A stretch of 64,000 bases of DNA from an uncultured delta proteobacterium (GTDB lineage Bacteria > Myxococcota_A > Polyangia > Fen-1088). Made by a program: the position numbers and the translations under genes. Location of the stretch: contig CAVYGB010000002.1 in the NCBI GenBank assembly GCA_963767925.1, forward strand, positions 1,056,001 through 1,120,000, in the 5' to 3' direction. The notes beneath the pieces are model-generated. The model saw only the letters and a program-made list of their open reading frames with translations. It was not told the origin of the DNA and ran no database searches. Shown here piece after piece: positions 62,960-64,000 of this stretch (positions within the stretch are counted from its first letter, which is position 1; the number at the start of each line of letters is the position of its first letter).

Positions 62960-63468
62960 TCAGGCTCGGGCCCAGGGGGGGGCGCAGAGGTGGCACCAGG
63001 CGTTGCGGCCTTTGCGTTGCCACTCGGCCTCGCCGAAGTGGAGGGGCCGGGGCGGGGCGTCGGGGGGGAGGACGCGGTGGACGTGGGGCGCCGGGGGGAC
63101 GTCCTCGGCAGAGGGCGCAGTAGCCGCGGGGATCAGCGGCTCGACGCGGGCGGTGAGGGGTGGGTTCAGGAACAGGGGGAGAGAGACGCGCGTTCGGGCG
63201 AGCGAGGGGTTGATCACCCGATGCGGGGTGGCGGGAAAGGCGCCGCGGCTCGCGACCTGCAACAGCTCGCCCGGGTGGACCCAGAGGCCGCCGGGGACGG
63301 GATCGACGAGCGCCCAGTCGCCGCCGGGGTGGCAGATCTCCAGGCCGGGGCTGTCCTGCAGGGTGAGCGTGACCCAGCTGAAGTCGACGTGGGCGGCCAC
63401 ACCCGGTCGCTGCACGTCGGCCGCCGGTTGCGGGTGGTAGCCGATGAGCTTGAGCAGGAGGTACCCCT
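62960..63468 (-). pseudogene. C-terminal half of a 2OG-Fe(II) oxygenase (IPNS-like), fused in frame to the upstream kinase
   Basis: LKLIGY, AHVDFSWVTL, GELLQ, TPHRV, RVSLPLF. Confidence 0.75.
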
Positions 63469-64000
63469 CGCGCGCCGGGCCGTCGCTCTCGGCGAGGATG
63501 CTGCCCCCGAGCCGCTGCACGAGGTTGCTCACGATGGCCAGGCCGAGGCCCAGGCCGCCGCCGAGCGCGTCCCGCTCGCGGTCGACCTGCCCGAAGGGCT
63601 CGAAGATGCGGTCGAGCTGGTCGCGGGCGATGCCGCGCCCGTTGTCCCGGACGGTGACCCGGACCCGGGCGGACAGGCGTTCGATGGCCACGTCAATCTT
63701 TCCCCGGGGGGGCGTGAACTTGGCGGCGTTGGTGAGCAGGTTGGCGAAGACCTGCGCCAGGCGCACGGGATCACCCTTGATGGTGAGGAAGTCCGCCCGG
63801 TCGACCCGCAAGGCGTGGCCGTGACGGGTGATCAGCGGGGAGGCCAGCTCCAGCGCTCGCTCGAGGACCGAGAAAGGGAGACCTTCTCGCTTCGTAGCTC
63901 GACGTGGCCGGTTGTCACGCGGGAGATGTCGAGCAGGTCGTCCACCAGCCGCGCGAGATGCCGGGTGTGCCGCTCGATCACCTGCTTCTCGCGGGCCACC
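63469..64000 (-). CDS. Histidine kinase (partial, frameshifted, C-terminally truncated)
   Basis: HLARLVDDLLDISRV, RLAQVFANLLTNAAKFT, DNGRGI, GLGLGL. Confidence 0.8.

Overview
Very GC-rich bacterial DNA with Myxococcota-like gene content (inferred from the Ser/Thr kinase plus ECF sigma pair, Pro/Gly-rich lipoproteins, orphan secretin and PhaR-like regulator). Several housekeeping ORFs are broken by small indels, which looks like uncorrected long-read error. The backbone carries a dipeptidase, vapBC, lolC/E, tatA, a LysM lytic transglycosylase, an RluA-family enzyme, an M32 carboxypeptidase, hutU-hutI-hutG, gspD, IHF, several kinases and a glycosyltransferase. The most striking structure involves two four-helix-bundle (23S-IVP/bAvd-like) genes, each sitting with inverted arrays of a tandem hexamer. 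The first lies inside a 1.43-kb internally deleted IS1380-family element with a CTAG target duplication and perfect 49-bp subterminal (GGGAAC)5 inverted repeats. The second is interrupted by a 35-bp insertion and followed by an (AACACG/GACCAC)n hairpin. A complete 2,025-nt group II intron has inserted into that hairpin, and its putative EBS1 loop (CGUGUU) is the exact complement of the hexamer unit. Other oddities are a 114-bp dispersed duplicate, a REP/MITE family, an orphan MbtH-like gene coupled to the M32 peptidase, a Cys-rich tandem truncated-globin lipoprotein, a Zn-less SodC-like lipoprotein and a histidine kinase/2OG-oxygenase chimera.
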